In this document: in pieces, positions 37,935 to 48,623 of the stretch | Layout of the letters: each line of letters begins with the position of its first letter | How positions within the stretch are numbered: the stretch's first letter is position 1 | Origin: a bacterium | GTDB taxonomy: Bacteria > UBA8248 | Reading direction: 5' to 3' | DNA: 64,000 bases | Assembly (NCBI GenBank): GCA_965204535.1 | Contig: CBDBEV010000001.1 | Coordinates: 544,001-608,000, forward strand | Position numbers and translations under genes: made by a program | The notes under the pieces: generated by a model | The model's database searches: none | What the model saw: the letters and a program-made list of their open reading frames with translations, nothing else | What the model was told of the DNA's origin: nothing

Positions 37935-38729
37935 ATGACGAAAATCTGCGCATTGGCCTTCGCCTGCCTTTTCGTGCTGATTACAGCCTTGCCTGTCGAG
38001 GCGCGGGAGTGGCGCCGCTGGTGCGGCGCGGAGGCGTCGCCGCTCGGCTGGCACTTCTATTGCGACCGGAGCGGGGAGGAAACGGAAGATGAGGCGCAGG
38101 CGACGAAGGCGCCGCCGGCTAGGAGCGCCAAAGAGCGGATCCTCGCGACACGCAGGGCGCTGGAGGAGGCCCGCGCGCGGGCTGTCCTCGAACCCACTGC
38201 AAAGAACGTCACGGCCTACCTGCGCCTCCAGCAGGAGGCCCTGCAGAGCGCCGCCGCGTTCTCGGACGCCTTCAGGCGCGCCGTATGGTCGAACCCGGAC
38301 CTCGACTACACGCTGAGACGCCCGGTGGGCGCGCTCGCCAAGAGGCTCTGGACGGAAGAGCGAAGAGCCGAGCGCGAGGGCGCCCTGCAAGGGCTCGGCG
38401 AGCGCTACGGCCTCATCTACCTGGGTTCTGAGAAATGTCCGGGATGCCGCGTCTTCGGGCCGCTCCTTCGCGCCTTCGCGCTCCGGCACGGGATCGAGGT
38501 GCTCGCGGTCTCGATGACGGGAGGAGCGCTCGCGGGCTGGCCGGAGGCGGTCCCGGACAACGGCCGCGCCGCGCGTCTCGGCATTGAAGTCCCGGTACTG
38601 CCCGCCGTGGTCCTCTACGATACGAAGGCCAGGCGAGCGATCCCGGTCTCGTTCGGCGTCGTCGCCGAGGACCAGCTGGCGGAGCGCATCTTCGCCCTCA
38701 CCGCCAGGGAGGTCGGAAGTGACTACTAG
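37935..38729 (+). CDS. traF: TraF thioredoxin-like protein
   Basis: GW.FYC, A.L.PT..NV..Y, CPGC. Confidence 0.9.
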   Translation: MTKICALAFACLFVLITALPVEAREWRRWCGAEASPLGWHFYCDRSGEETEDEAQATKAPPARSAKERILATRRALEEARARAVLEPTAKNVTAYLRLQQEALQSAAAFSDAFRRAVWSNPDLDYTLRRPVGALAKRLWTEERRAEREGALQGLGERYGLIYLGSEKCPGCRVFGPLLRAFALRHGIEVLAVSMTGGALAGWPEAVPDNGRAARLGIEVPVLPAVVLYDTKARRAIPVSFGVVAEDQLAERIFALTAREVGSDY

Positions 38730-40131
38730 CCGAATTTTCATATTGCTCATCCTGGGCGCCGCGTTCCTTTTTGCCTCCCCTGCACGCGCGGACGTGCTGT
38801 CGGAGATGGAGAACTTCTGGCGGGGCGCCGCCGTGAACACCACCGGGCCCACCGCCTTCGACGGCCAGGCGTCCGGCCACTGGACGCTCGGCAATTTGTA
38901 TCTACGCGCGCCGGTGAGGTCCGAATCGGTCGCAACTGTGAGCCTGCCCTCATACCGCGCCGGCTGCGGCGGCATCGACGCGTTCGCGGGTGCTTTTTCC
39001 TTCATCGACTCCGACCAGATGATCGCCTTCGCGCGCGCCGTCGCGCAAAACGCCGCGGGCTTCGCCTTCGAACTGGCGCTCGAGACCATATCGCCCGTGA
39101 TCGCCGAGACCATGTCGAAACTCCGCGCCCTGGCCCAGTGGGTGAACAACCAGAACCTGAACTCCTGCGAGACCGCCCAGGCGCTCGTCGGCGCCGTGTG
39201 GTCGAAGAACGACCGGGCGAGCGCCGCCATCTGCGCCGCGGTCGGGACGCGGCAGGGGATTTTTTCGGACTACGCCGCCGCGCGCCACGGCTGCGGCGCG
39301 GACGGGAAACGCAATTCGACTTTGGCGGCGGCCACGGGTCCGCTCAGGGAACAGACGCCCGTCAACGTGAACTACGCCTGGCGCGCCGTTCAGGCCTCGG
39401 GCTTCCTGGCGTCCGACCGGGACCTGGGCGAATTCGCGATGTCGGTATCGGGCAGCGTGATCGTGACCGCGCCGGTCACCGACGCCGATTCTTCCGGTCC
39501 CCGCGTGCGCGTGCTCGAACCCCTGGCGCTCGACAGGAGGGTGACGGAGGTCCTTATGGAAGGCGCCGGCGACCTGCCGGTCTACCGCTGCGACACTCCC
39601 GTGGAATGCCTGAACCCCACGCTCGGACGCCTCACGGTGCCCGCTGCGCGGGGGTTCCGGAACCGGGTGGCGGAGCTACTCCGCCGCCTCGTCGACGCGG
39701 TGCGGACGGACACGGCGCCTCCGGCGGACGCCCTGGGACTCGTGAACCTCACGACGCTGCCCGTCTACCGGCTCGTGAACGCGGCCGCCGCCTACCGCGG
39801 CGCCGTGGTGGAACAGGAATTGGACGTCCTGGCGGAGGCCGTGGCGCTCGACGTGCTCCAGGTCTGGATATCCGATCTCCACCGCACGATCGAGGAGCGC
39901 GCGGGGTCCATGGACGTCGCCGACGGCGAGCGTCTCACGCGCTGGCGCGAGGGACTGCGCAGGAACCGCGCCGCCCTCGCGCGCCACCGGAACGAGGGCC
40001 TCGAACGCTTCAACACCGCCCTGGCCGTGGTCGAGAAACTCCGCCTCATCGAGACCGAACTCGCGGGTGCGCTCTCGGCGGATCTCCGCGCGGCGCTCGC
40101 CTTCTCGCGCGGCGCGGGGGCCTCACGATAG
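38719..40131 (+). CDS. traH: TraH
   Basis: PS..AGCGGID.F.G.FSFI, NSCETAQ.LV. Confidence 0.92.
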   Translation: MTTSRIFILLILGAAFLFASPARADVLSEMENFWRGAAVNTTGPTAFDGQASGHWTLGNLYLRAPVRSESVATVSLPSYRAGCGGIDAFAGAFSFIDSDQMIAFARAVAQNAAGFAFELALETISPVIAETMSKLRALAQWVNNQNLNSCETAQALVGAVWSKNDRASAAICAAVGTRQGIFSDYAAARHGCGADGKRNSTLAAATGPLREQTPVNVNYAWRAVQASGFLASDRDLGEFAMSVSGSVIVTAPVTDADSSGPRVRVLEPLALDRRVTEVLMEGAGDLPVYRCDTPVECLNPTLGRLTVPAARGFRNRVAELLRRLVDAVRTDTAPPADALGLVNLTTLPVYRLVNAAAAYRGAVVEQELDVLAEAVALDVLQVWISDLHRTIEERAGSMDVADGERLTRWREGLRRNRAALARHRNEGLERFNTALAVVEKLRLIETELAGALSADLRAALAFSRGAGASR

Positions 40132-40152
40132 CGACGGCGAGAGAGACAAACC

Positions 40153-43080
40153 ATGTATGAAATATTCACGCTGGGCGGCGGGATCTACCTGGTCGATCTC
40201 CTGAACGCCGTGGCCGCGATCACCGGCGGGGGCGCCTTCGTGACGCTCGCCCAGATCGCGGGCGCCTGTGGACTCGCCTGGGCGCTCTTCCGAACCGCCT
40301 TCGGGGGGTCGTGGAAGGACAACGCCAAGTGGCTCCTGCTCTTCGTCTGCGTCTGGGGCGCGCTGGTGGTTCCCAGGGCGACGGTGCGAGTAGTGGATCG
40401 GTTGGACCCCGCGCTCGCGCCGGCCGTGGTGGCGAACGTGCCGCTGGGACTGGCGCTGTTCGCCTCGCTGACGAGCCGGGTGGGGGACGGGCTCACGCGC
40501 CTGAGCGAGCAGGCCTTCTCCCTCCCGAACGACCTCGCCTACCGCCGCCACGGGCTCATCTTCGGTTCCAGGCTCGCGGCCGCCGCGACCCGGATGGAAG
40601 TCACCGACGCCGTCTTCGCCCGGAACCTGAGGGCCTACGCGAGACAGTGCGTGTTCCATGCCCTGCTGCTCGGCCATATTTCCGCCGACGACTTGCGCGA
40701 AAGCACGGACCTCTGGGCGCTCGTCACCGCTTCGGGTTCGCCGTCTGCGGGCGCATCGCCCGCGCGCATGGTGGAATACGTCACCCGTGGTGCGCCTTCC
40801 GGCACGGGCGCCACGACACTGGACCGGGAGATCGTGACGTGCGCGGCGGCCGCCTCTCGCCTCGACGCCCTCTGGGCGGCGGAAGTCACGAGGGCGACCG
40901 GCGTATTCGGGATGAGGCTCTTTCCGGGGGCCGCGAGCGAGGCGCTGGCGCGGGCCGAACTGGTGGCCGCGCTCCCCGCCGCGCACGACTACCTGATCGG
41001 GGCGTCGAGGAGTGCAGCCGAGGTGCTGCGCCAGCAGATGGTGCTGAATGCCGTGCACGACGCGGGCGAGCAGTGGAGCGCCGAGGCCGGGAACGCCGCG
41101 GCGCTGAGGGCATACACCGAGGCCAGGGCCGAAGCCCAGACCGTATCGGCCTACCGGGCCATCGGCAGGCAGGCGGAGACCTGGGTGCCCATGCTGCGGA
41201 TCGTCTTCGAGTGCCTCTACGTGGGCGCTTTCCCGATGGCGGTCCTGCTGATGCTGACGCCGGCGGGCGGCGCGATATTCCGCTCCTACTTCTCGGGCCT
41301 CGTCTGGCTGCAGAGCTGGGGTCCGCTCTACGCGATCCTGCACCGGGTCGCCATGGGAGAAGCCGCGGAGCGCATGAGCGCCGCGGCGCTCATGCCGGGC
41401 GGCGACGTCGGCGTATCGCTCATCGCCCAGGCGGGGATACGGGCGGTGGCCGCCGACGTGGCGGTGATGTCGGGCTACCTCTCGATGTCGGTGCCCTTCC
41501 TCGCCGCCGCCCTCGCCTACGGTGTGGGCCGTGCGACCTCTCTCGCCACCTCGGTCCTCTCGGTCGGACAGGAGGCCGCCTCCTCCGCCGCGCAGGAGGG
41601 CACCACGGGCAACATTTCATTGGGAAACACGAGCGCGGACACGCACCGCTTCGCGACGATGGAAGGACACCAGCTCAGGACTTCGGCGCACGTCGATACG
41701 GGCCGCTACACGGGCTTCGCCCCGGGCGGCGCGGCCTACACCGTGACGGCAGAGGGCGCCGCCGTGATGGACGCAGGTCAAGCCACGAGCCGGGTGCCCG
41801 CCGCGGGCGTCAGGCTCTCCGAGTCCCTGGCGGAGAGCCACGAGGTCAGGGCCGGCGAAGCCGTCGAGCAGGCACATCACTGGTCGGCGGAAGCCGCCGC
41901 CGCGCGCACGGCCGCCGCGACGGACTCCGCGGCCATGGTCGAGCGCTTCTCACGCGACGTGCGAAGCGGCCTCACCCACGCGCGGGGGGTGACGGAGAGC
42001 GAGAACCAGGGCGCCCAGCGCCTCGAATCCCATATCGAGAAACTCTCGCAGGCCGGCGGCATCACGAAGGAGCAGGCGGCAACCCTCACGAGCGCGGCCA
42101 GGGTGGGAGGCGGTTTCGACTTCATCGTCAAGGTAGGCGCCGACGGGTCGGCGAGCTGGCGGGGACAGACCTTCTCGCGCGAGGCCTGGAACCGGATGAC
42201 GGACTACGCGGGACAGCACGGGTTGCTCGATCTCTGGTCGCGCGTGGCGGACGCTTCGAGACGCTACGCGTCGGCCTCGGGCGAGAGCGAACTCACAAGC
42301 CTCGAAGAAAGCCTGGGCGCCAATCTCACGAAGATGCGCCGCTTCTCCGAGCAGGAGGCCGTGAGCCGCAGGGAGGCCGAGAGCTGGTCGAGCCAGGCGG
42401 CGGAAGTGCGCGCTGACTCGCGTGCGATCGAGAGCGAACTCGGCCAGCCCTTCTTCTCGTGGCTCGCTACGCGCGAGGGGGCGGACGGACGCGAGATAGG
42501 CGTAGCGGGCGCGATGCGCCTGGCCTCGCCGCAGACGGCGGAAGACGCGGAAGTGCTGCGCGCCCACGCCGCCGCCTTCATCGCCGAGCGTTATCCGGCG
42601 GGCGGGGGGCCGGAGGCGGCTCCCGGCCGGGCGGAATACGAACAGGCAAGAGAGAGGCTGCGCGAGACGGGGGGAACCGGCGCGGCGTGGGATGCGTGGT
42701 CCGGGTCGGTGCGCGAAAGCGCGGGCGGCAAGGGCGCTCCCCGGCCGGGCGGTGCGGGTGAGCGGGCAAAGCGCGGGCGTTTGGAGATCGAGACCGAACT
42801 CGACATCCGCGAAGCCGGACGTGCGGCCCGCAGGGGAGTGACGGGGGAGCGAATCGGGGAGGGGCGTCCTGAAATCGCCGCGGAGACAGAGAAACCTCTC
42901 GCCGAGCACGTCGTCAGGGACCTGCCCGCCGTGGGCGAATGGCTGGGCGGGAAACTCTACGGCACCGCGCGGAACGCGGCGCCCGGAGGGGATGAGAAAA
43001 AAGCCGTGTCCGAACCGGAGAGGAAGAAAGAAAGCGGAGGCGGGAGCGGGTTTTCGGGCGATCAGGTGATGGGGCCGTGA
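40153..43080 (+). CDS. traG: TraG mating-pair stabilization protein
   Basis: MYEIFT.GG...L...LNAVA, VANVP.GLA, WLQSW.PLYAIL, GN.SLGN. Confidence 0.92.
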   Translation: MYEIFTLGGGIYLVDLLNAVAAITGGGAFVTLAQIAGACGLAWALFRTAFGGSWKDNAKWLLLFVCVWGALVVPRATVRVVDRLDPALAPAVVANVPLGLALFASLTSRVGDGLTRLSEQAFSLPNDLAYRRHGLIFGSRLAAAATRMEVTDAVFARNLRAYARQCVFHALLLGHISADDLRESTDLWALVTASGSPSAGASPARMVEYVTRGAPSGTGATTLDREIVTCAAAASRLDALWAAEVTRATGVFGMRLFPGAASEALARAELVAALPAAHDYLIGASRSAAEVLRQQMVLNAVHDAGEQWSAEAGNAAALRAYTEARAEAQTVSAYRAIGRQAETWVPMLRIVFECLYVGAFPMAVLLMLTPAGGAIFRSYFSGLVWLQSWGPLYAILHRVAMGEAAERMSAAALMPGGDVGVSLIAQAGIRAVAADVAVMSGYLSMSVPFLAAALAYGVGRATSLATSVLSVGQEAASSAAQEGTTGNISLGNTSADTHRFATMEGHQLRTSAHVDTGRYTGFAPGGAAYTVTAEGAAVMDAGQATSRVPAAGVRLSESLAESHEVRAGEAVEQAHHWSAEAAAARTAAATDSAAMVERFSRDVRSGLTHARGVTESENQGAQRLESHIEKLSQAGGITKEQAATLTSAARVGGGFDFIVKVGADGSASWRGQTFSREAWNRMTDYAGQHGLLDLWSRVADASRRYASASGESELTSLEESLGANLTKMRRFSEQEAVSRREAESWSSQAAEVRADSRAIESELGQPFFSWLATREGADGREIGVAGAMRLASPQTAEDAEVLRAHAAAFIAERYPAGGGPEAAPGRAEYEQARERLRETGGTGAAWDAWSGSVRESAGGKGAPRPGGAGERAKRGRLEIETELDIREAGRAARRGVTGERIGEGRPEIAAETEKPLAEHVVRDLPAVGEWLGGKLYGTARNAAPGGDEKKAVSEPERKKESGGGSGFSGDQVMGP

Positions 43081-43409
43081 TCGAAGGGATCGTCATCGTA
43101 AAGTCCCCCCTCCTCGTAGTCACGGCGCCAGGCGTAACGCCCCGTGCGGGTCGTCCACTCGAAGCTGTCGGCGTCTTGTTCGGGGAGGCTGTAGCCGGTG
43201 AAGGCGGACCAGTCGCGGCGGCGGATTCCGCGCCACAGGGCGCCCGCGAGCGCCGCGAGGAACGTCCAGAGCGCGGCCCAGAACCAGGCGGCGAACAGCA
43301 GGCTTGCGCCGCTCCCGCTCACGAAGACGTGGAGGGTGAAGAGGAGCGCCAGGGCGGGTCCGCCGAGGACGATTGCCCGCGCCGCACTGGATGGTTTTTC
43401 TTTCGTCAT
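43062..43409 (-). CDS. Small membrane protein convergent with and overlapping traG; entry-exclusion candidate
   Basis: Two TM segments; AAGGAG RBS before ATG 43409; 19-bp overlap with the traG 3' end. Confidence 0.55.
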   Translation of the reverse strand: MTKEKPSSAARAIVLGGPALALLFTLHVFVSGSGASLLFAAWFWAALWTFLAALAGALWRGIRRRDWSAFTGYSLPEQDADSFEWTTRTGRYAWRRDYEEGGLYDDDPFDHGPIT

Positions 43410-43558
43410 GGGTGGCTCCTTATGAGTTGTCATTCAATCGTTGACGGGCGCTACGGCCTCTCCCGGGGTCCTGCTCTTTCACCTCCCGGCCGCCCTCCTC
43501 GACCTCCGCGCAGTGCATCGCGAGGCCAGGACGCCCGCGGCGCCACCATGCAGACAGT

Positions 43559-45505
43559 ATGAAAAAGGAGAATCGGATGACCATCGGAAACGCCACCCTG
43601 CGCGGCGGCCAGACGCTGCTCCACGACGCCAGGATGTGGGGCCAGCTCGCGCGCTGGGGGATTTTTGGACTCGTCCTGACTGTCGTCCTGACGCCCGCGG
43701 TCAGCGTCTTCACGGCGACGAGCGCGCACGAGTGGCGCGTCGTGGGCCTGGGCACGCTGGCCGAGGCCAAGCTCGCCATCGGGTATTCCCCCGATTCGGG
43801 CCAGGTGTACGAGTGGGGCGCGGGTGAGCGGACGATCGAGCGGATCGAGCTCATCGCAAGCGATCCCAGGATAGAGCGGATCAGGAGGCGCATGCTCGAT
43901 ACCATCCATGCCAGGGCGTGGATGGGCCTCTGGATCGGCTTGGGCGGCGTGGCCCTGTTCGCGTTCTTCTTCTGGCTCCTGGGCCGGCGCATGGCCCGCG
44001 CGCACCGGGTGCGGGGCGCGGAGATGACCTCGGACCAGGCGCTCGGGAGGCGCGTGCAGCCCGTTTTTTCCCGCCTGGGGGAAAAATTCTTTCCGGCCTC
44101 GCGCAAGTCCAGACCCCGCATCGCGGGCGTCCCCTGGCCCGAGCGCGCCGAGACCCAGCACACCATCGTCTCGGGCACCACGGGCTCGGGCAAGACCGTC
44201 CTGATCTCGGACCTGGTCGCGCAGATCAGGGAACGCGGCGAGCGCTGCATCCTCTACGACAAGATGGGGAGCTACACGCGGGCCTTCTTCGACCCCGCCC
44301 GCGACGTCCTGATGAATCCCCTCGACGCCCGGGCGCCGCGCTGGTCCCCCTTCCTGGAAGCCAGGACGCCCAGGGACTTCGACACGATGGCCGCCGCCCT
44401 CATCCCGCAGCAGAAGGACACGGTGGACCCCTTCTGGGTCACGGCCGCGCGGCAGCTGTTCGCGAACGGCGCGGGCGTACTCTGGAAGCGCGGCGTGACG
44501 GAGAACCGGATACTCGTCGAGCACCTGCTCAAGACAGAGCTGACCTCCCTGGCCGAGGCCATGGAGGGCACGGTGGCGCAGTCCATCGTGGACCCCGAGA
44601 ACCCCAAGACGGCGCTCTCGGTGCGCGCCATGTTGACCGCGCACCTGGGCGCGCTCGAATGCCTGCCCGACTCAGGAAAGCCCTTCTCGATAAGGGAGTG
44701 GGTGGAGCGCGAGGACGAGACCGGCTTCCTGTTCCTGACCTCGCGCGGCGACCAGCACGCGAGCCTCCGGGGTCTCATCTCGACCTGGCTCGAAATCGCC
44801 GTGAACGCGCTCCTCTCCCTCGGCCGGGACGACGCGCGCAGGATATGGATTGTGCTCGACGAGCTTCCCACCCTGCACCAGGTGCCGAGCCTGCAGCCCG
44901 GACTCGCGGAATCGCGCCAATTCGGGGGGTGCTTCGTGCTCGGGATACAGGTGATCTCCGCCCTGCGCGATCTCTATGGGCGAAACGGCGCCGAGACCGT
45001 ATCGGGTCTCTGCGGCACCCGGGTGGTGCTGGCCGCGCCCGACCAGGAGACGGCGCGCTGGTCGGCCGAGAGCCTGGGGCGCGGCGAGGTCACCGAGTAC
45101 GCGGAGGGGCTCAGCTACGGCGCGAGCGCCATGCGCGACGGCGTCTCGCTCACGCAGCGCCGCGAGATGCGGCCCCTGGCGCTGCCTTCGGAGATCATGC
45201 GCCTCGAGAATCTGCACGGCTACCTCAAGTTCCCCGGCCCCTGGCCCGTGGCGCGGGTCGAGCTCGACTACGTGAAGAGGCCCGAGGCGGCCGAGAGTTT
45301 CATACCGAGAGAGGGCGCGATGCTTCCCGAGGCGAATGAGAGCGCGGGAACCGAAGAGCCCGGGACCGTGGACGCTCCCGCCGATGAAGAGACTGCTCCG
45401 GCCGCTGATCACGAAAGCGACCCTGCTCCTCCCCTGCCGGAAAAGAGCGGAAACGACACGCCCGGCTCCGGGGAACCGCAGCCGGAAAACCTGAGGAATT
45501 TCTGA
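43559..45505 (+). CDS. traD: Type IV coupling protein TraD
   Basis: Two N-terminal TMs, GTTGSGKT, YDK.G, DPFW..AA, LDELP.L, R.FGG. Confidence 0.95.
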   Translation: MKKENRMTIGNATLRGGQTLLHDARMWGQLARWGIFGLVLTVVLTPAVSVFTATSAHEWRVVGLGTLAEAKLAIGYSPDSGQVYEWGAGERTIERIELIASDPRIERIRRRMLDTIHARAWMGLWIGLGGVALFAFFFWLLGRRMARAHRVRGAEMTSDQALGRRVQPVFSRLGEKFFPASRKSRPRIAGVPWPERAETQHTIVSGTTGSGKTVLISDLVAQIRERGERCILYDKMGSYTRAFFDPARDVLMNPLDARAPRWSPFLEARTPRDFDTMAAALIPQQKDTVDPFWVTAARQLFANGAGVLWKRGVTENRILVEHLLKTELTSLAEAMEGTVAQSIVDPENPKTALSVRAMLTAHLGALECLPDSGKPFSIREWVEREDETGFLFLTSRGDQHASLRGLISTWLEIAVNALLSLGRDDARRIWIVLDELPTLHQVPSLQPGLAESRQFGGCFVLGIQVISALRDLYGRNGAETVSGLCGTRVVLAAPDQETARWSAESLGRGEVTEYAEGLSYGASAMRDGVSLTQRREMRPLALPSEIMRLENLHGYLKFPGPWPVARVELDYVKRPEAAESFIPREGAMLPEANESAGTEEPGTVDAPADEETAPAADHESDPAPPLPEKSGNDTPGSGEPQPENLRNF

Positions 45506-45506
45506 A

Positions 45507-48314
45507 ATGGTGGCATCCATCGGCGCCGTCGCCGCCTCCGCGCAGGGGGCGTCCTACTACGAGCGCGACGGCTACTACGCGAAGGACGACCCGGCGCACC
45601 GCGAAGCGAGCGCCTGGCAAGGCAGGGGCGCGGAGGATTTGGGACTCTCGGGTCCGGTCGACCCCGATACCTTCCGCGCGGTGCTCGAAGGCATGGTGCC
45701 CGACGGTTCGGGGCGCAGGCTCGGACGCTTGGGCAAGGACGGGTCGTTCCACCACCGTCCCGGCCGCGACCTCACCCTCTCGGCGCCCAAGTCCGTCTCC
45801 CTCCTGGCTCTCGTCGGCGGCGACGCGCGCGCGATTAGGGCCCACGATGCGGCCGTCGCGCGCACCCTGGACTGGGTCGAGCGAAACGTCGCAGAGACCA
45901 GGATGAGCGACCCCAAGACCGGGCGCATGGTCCGGGCGGGGGAACAGAAGAGCGTCGTCGCGACCTTCCGGCACGACACGTCGCGCAACCTCGACCCCCT
46001 GCTCCACACGCACTCAGTTCTAGCCAACATGGTCCGGGGGACAGACGGCAAATGGCGCACGATGTCGAACGAGAAGCTCTATGCGAATAAGATGCTGATA
46101 GGTGCCATGTACCGCACGGAACTCGCAAGTGAACTTGAAAGAATCGGCTACCGTATCGAGAAGACCCACGCCGACGGGCGCTTCGAGGTCGCGGGCGTGC
46201 CCAGGGACGTGATCGAGGCGTTCTCGACCCGGCGGGCGGAGATAGAGGCCGCGATGGCCGAGCGCGGTCTGGGCGCTACGGCGGAGAACCAGCGCGCAGC
46301 CCAGCGGGCCGCGCTCATGACCCGCGCGCGCAAGCGCGACGTCGACAAGACCGTCCTCGCGGCCGTATGGGAGAAACAGGCGAAGGAGCTGGGCTTCGAC
46401 GCCGGTACCCTCGCGGCGGAAGCGATGGCGAGGAGCGTGGCGACCAGGGAACCGGAACCCGCACGCGAGGCCGTGGAATGGGCCGTGGCGCACCTCTCGG
46501 AGCGGGAAGCGGTTTTCGACCGCGCCGCTCTGCTCGCGGGCGCGCTCGCCTGGCGGCCGGGCGCGGTGTCGATGACGGGCGCCGAACGCGAGGTGGCGAG
46601 GCTGGAGGAGACCGGCGTCCTGCACGCGGCGGACCTGCCGGGAACCAGGGACATGATCACTACGGAGAAGGCAGCGGCGGCTGAGCGTGAGACCATCGCC
46701 CTCCTGAATTCCGGACGCGGGCGGGGGGCGCCCGCCATGCGCGCCCGCGCCGTGGACAAGGCCTTGAGAAACGGCCCGCTGACACATGGCCAGCGCGAGG
46801 CCGTGAAACTCATCCTCACCGACTCCGACCGCGTCGTCGGCGTACAGGGCTACGCGGGCACGGGCAAGACCGCGATGCTCAAGCGCGCCCGCGCTCTATT
46901 CGAGAAGCGCGGCTACGAGGTCATGGGCCTGGCGCCCTCGGCTTCGGCAGCGCGGACCCTCGAAACCGAGGCCGGGATCGCGAGCGAGACGCTCCAGCGC
47001 TTCCTCGCGCGAAACGCCGGGGTCGCCGATGGCCGCCTCACGAGAACGACCGAGAAAAAGATGCGCGCGGGCTACGCGAAGACCGCCCTCGTCGTGGACG
47101 AGGGCTCCCTGGCTTCCACGCGCGAGGTGCGTGAACTCCTGCGGATCGCGGGGACCTTGCGCCTGCCCCGGGTCGTTCTGGTGGGCGACGCGAAACAGCT
47201 CGACGCCGTGGACGCCGGCAAACCCTTCGCGCAGCTGCAGGCCGCGGGCATGAAGACGGCGGTGATGCAGGAGATCATGCGCCAGCGCGACCAGGACCTG
47301 AAAGCCGCCGTCGAGTCCACGCTCACAGGCGACGTGAAGCGCGCCTTCGAGAAGCTGGGTTCCAACGTAGCCGAAGTGAAACCTGACAACCTCGCGGGCG
47401 CCGCCGCCGCGCGCTGGCTTGCGCTCCCGCCCGAGGCGCGTGCAAACGCCGGGCTCATGGCGCCGAGCCATGCGATCCGCGAGAAGATCAACGCCATCGT
47501 GCGCGAGCGCCTGATCCGGGACGGCGTCGTCCACGGTCCGGCTTTCCTCACGGAACGCCTTGTCTCGCGCGGCTACACGAACCCCGAGAAATCGCTCGCC
47601 GCGAACTATTCTCCCGGCGACGTGGTGGCCTTCCACCGGCCCTACAAGCGAATCGGCGTCGAGAAGGGGGATGAGTTGCGCGTGGCGGGTGTCGATCACG
47701 CGAACAGCGCCGTCATCCTCGAAGGTGGGCACGGGCGGGAAATCCGCTGGGAGCCCCGCCGTCTCGCGGCGCGCACCGGCGGTGTCGAGGTATACCGCGT
47801 CGAGCATATGGAACTGCGCCAGGGCGACAAGGTCCGCTGGACCCGGAACGACAAGGACCTCGGTCTCATGAACAGCCAGGCCGCCGAGGTGACGGGCGTC
47901 AGGGGCGGGTGCGTCACCTTCCGGGTCGAGGACGGGCGCGTCCTCGACATGACGAGCGCCGATCCCCAGCTTCGACACGTCGACCGCGCATGGGCCTCGA
48001 CCGTCCACGCCTTCCAGGGCCGGACGGTCGATACCGTCATCGCGGCGATGGAGGCGAACCACCCCGAGCTCACCAACCAGAAGACGCTCTACGTCGAGAT
48101 CAGCCGCGCCCGGGACCGGGCGGAACTCGTGACGGACGACGCGAAGGCCCTGTGCGAACGGCTCGAAACCGCCACCGGGGAGCGCATCGCGGCTCTGGAA
48201 GCGCTCGGTGACAGGATCAGGGATACAGGGAGAACGAAGGAAGCGGCGCAATCGATGGAGCAACGGACGCCGGGGAGGGAGAAGGTTCGCTCAGCGCATG
48301 AGTTGGGAATGTAG
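45507..48314 (+). CDS. traI: MobF (TrwC/TraI) relaxase-helicase
   Basis: YY...GYY, DLTLSAPKSVS, H..SR..DP.LHTH, FSTRR, QGYAGTGKT, VDE, H..QG.T. Confidence 0.95.
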   Translation: MVASIGAVAASAQGASYYERDGYYAKDDPAHREASAWQGRGAEDLGLSGPVDPDTFRAVLEGMVPDGSGRRLGRLGKDGSFHHRPGRDLTLSAPKSVSLLALVGGDARAIRAHDAAVARTLDWVERNVAETRMSDPKTGRMVRAGEQKSVVATFRHDTSRNLDPLLHTHSVLANMVRGTDGKWRTMSNEKLYANKMLIGAMYRTELASELERIGYRIEKTHADGRFEVAGVPRDVIEAFSTRRAEIEAAMAERGLGATAENQRAAQRAALMTRARKRDVDKTVLAAVWEKQAKELGFDAGTLAAEAMARSVATREPEPAREAVEWAVAHLSEREAVFDRAALLAGALAWRPGAVSMTGAEREVARLEETGVLHAADLPGTRDMITTEKAAAAERETIALLNSGRGRGAPAMRARAVDKALRNGPLTHGQREAVKLILTDSDRVVGVQGYAGTGKTAMLKRARALFEKRGYEVMGLAPSASAARTLETEAGIASETLQRFLARNAGVADGRLTRTTEKKMRAGYAKTALVVDEGSLASTREVRELLRIAGTLRLPRVVLVGDAKQLDAVDAGKPFAQLQAAGMKTAVMQEIMRQRDQDLKAAVESTLTGDVKRAFEKLGSNVAEVKPDNLAGAAAARWLALPPEARANAGLMAPSHAIREKINAIVRERLIRDGVVHGPAFLTERLVSRGYTNPEKSLAANYSPGDVVAFHRPYKRIGVEKGDELRVAGVDHANSAVILEGGHGREIRWEPRRLAARTGGVEVYRVEHMELRQGDKVRWTRNDKDLGLMNSQAAEVTGVRGGCVTFRVEDGRVLDMTSADPQLRHVDRAWASTVHAFQGRTVDTVIAAMEANHPELTNQKTLYVEISRARDRAELVTDDAKALCERLETATGERIAALEALGDRIRDTGRTKEAAQSMEQRTPGREKVRSAHELGM

Positions 48315-48623
48315 GATATACGCTATCGAATTTTATCGTATAAAATCGCTAAATGGTATTTTGCCCGTTTAGAGACAGTGGGGGATTTTCAGCGGTGATG
48401 ATATCCTGTATTCTATGTTATAAAAGCTGTGTCGAACATGTTGCGTAAAGGAGGTGGACATGCTTGAAATATTTTCCGTCCAGCCCTCTCCCACATGATT
48501 CCCCAAGCTCATTTGGGGCGCCGGGAGAGGGTTACCTCCCCCTCCCCTTAACTACCTAGCCATGTAAGCAGTTCCCAAAAATTCGATAAATTCACGACGT
48601 CTTTCGCGTGGTTTCAGACAGCG

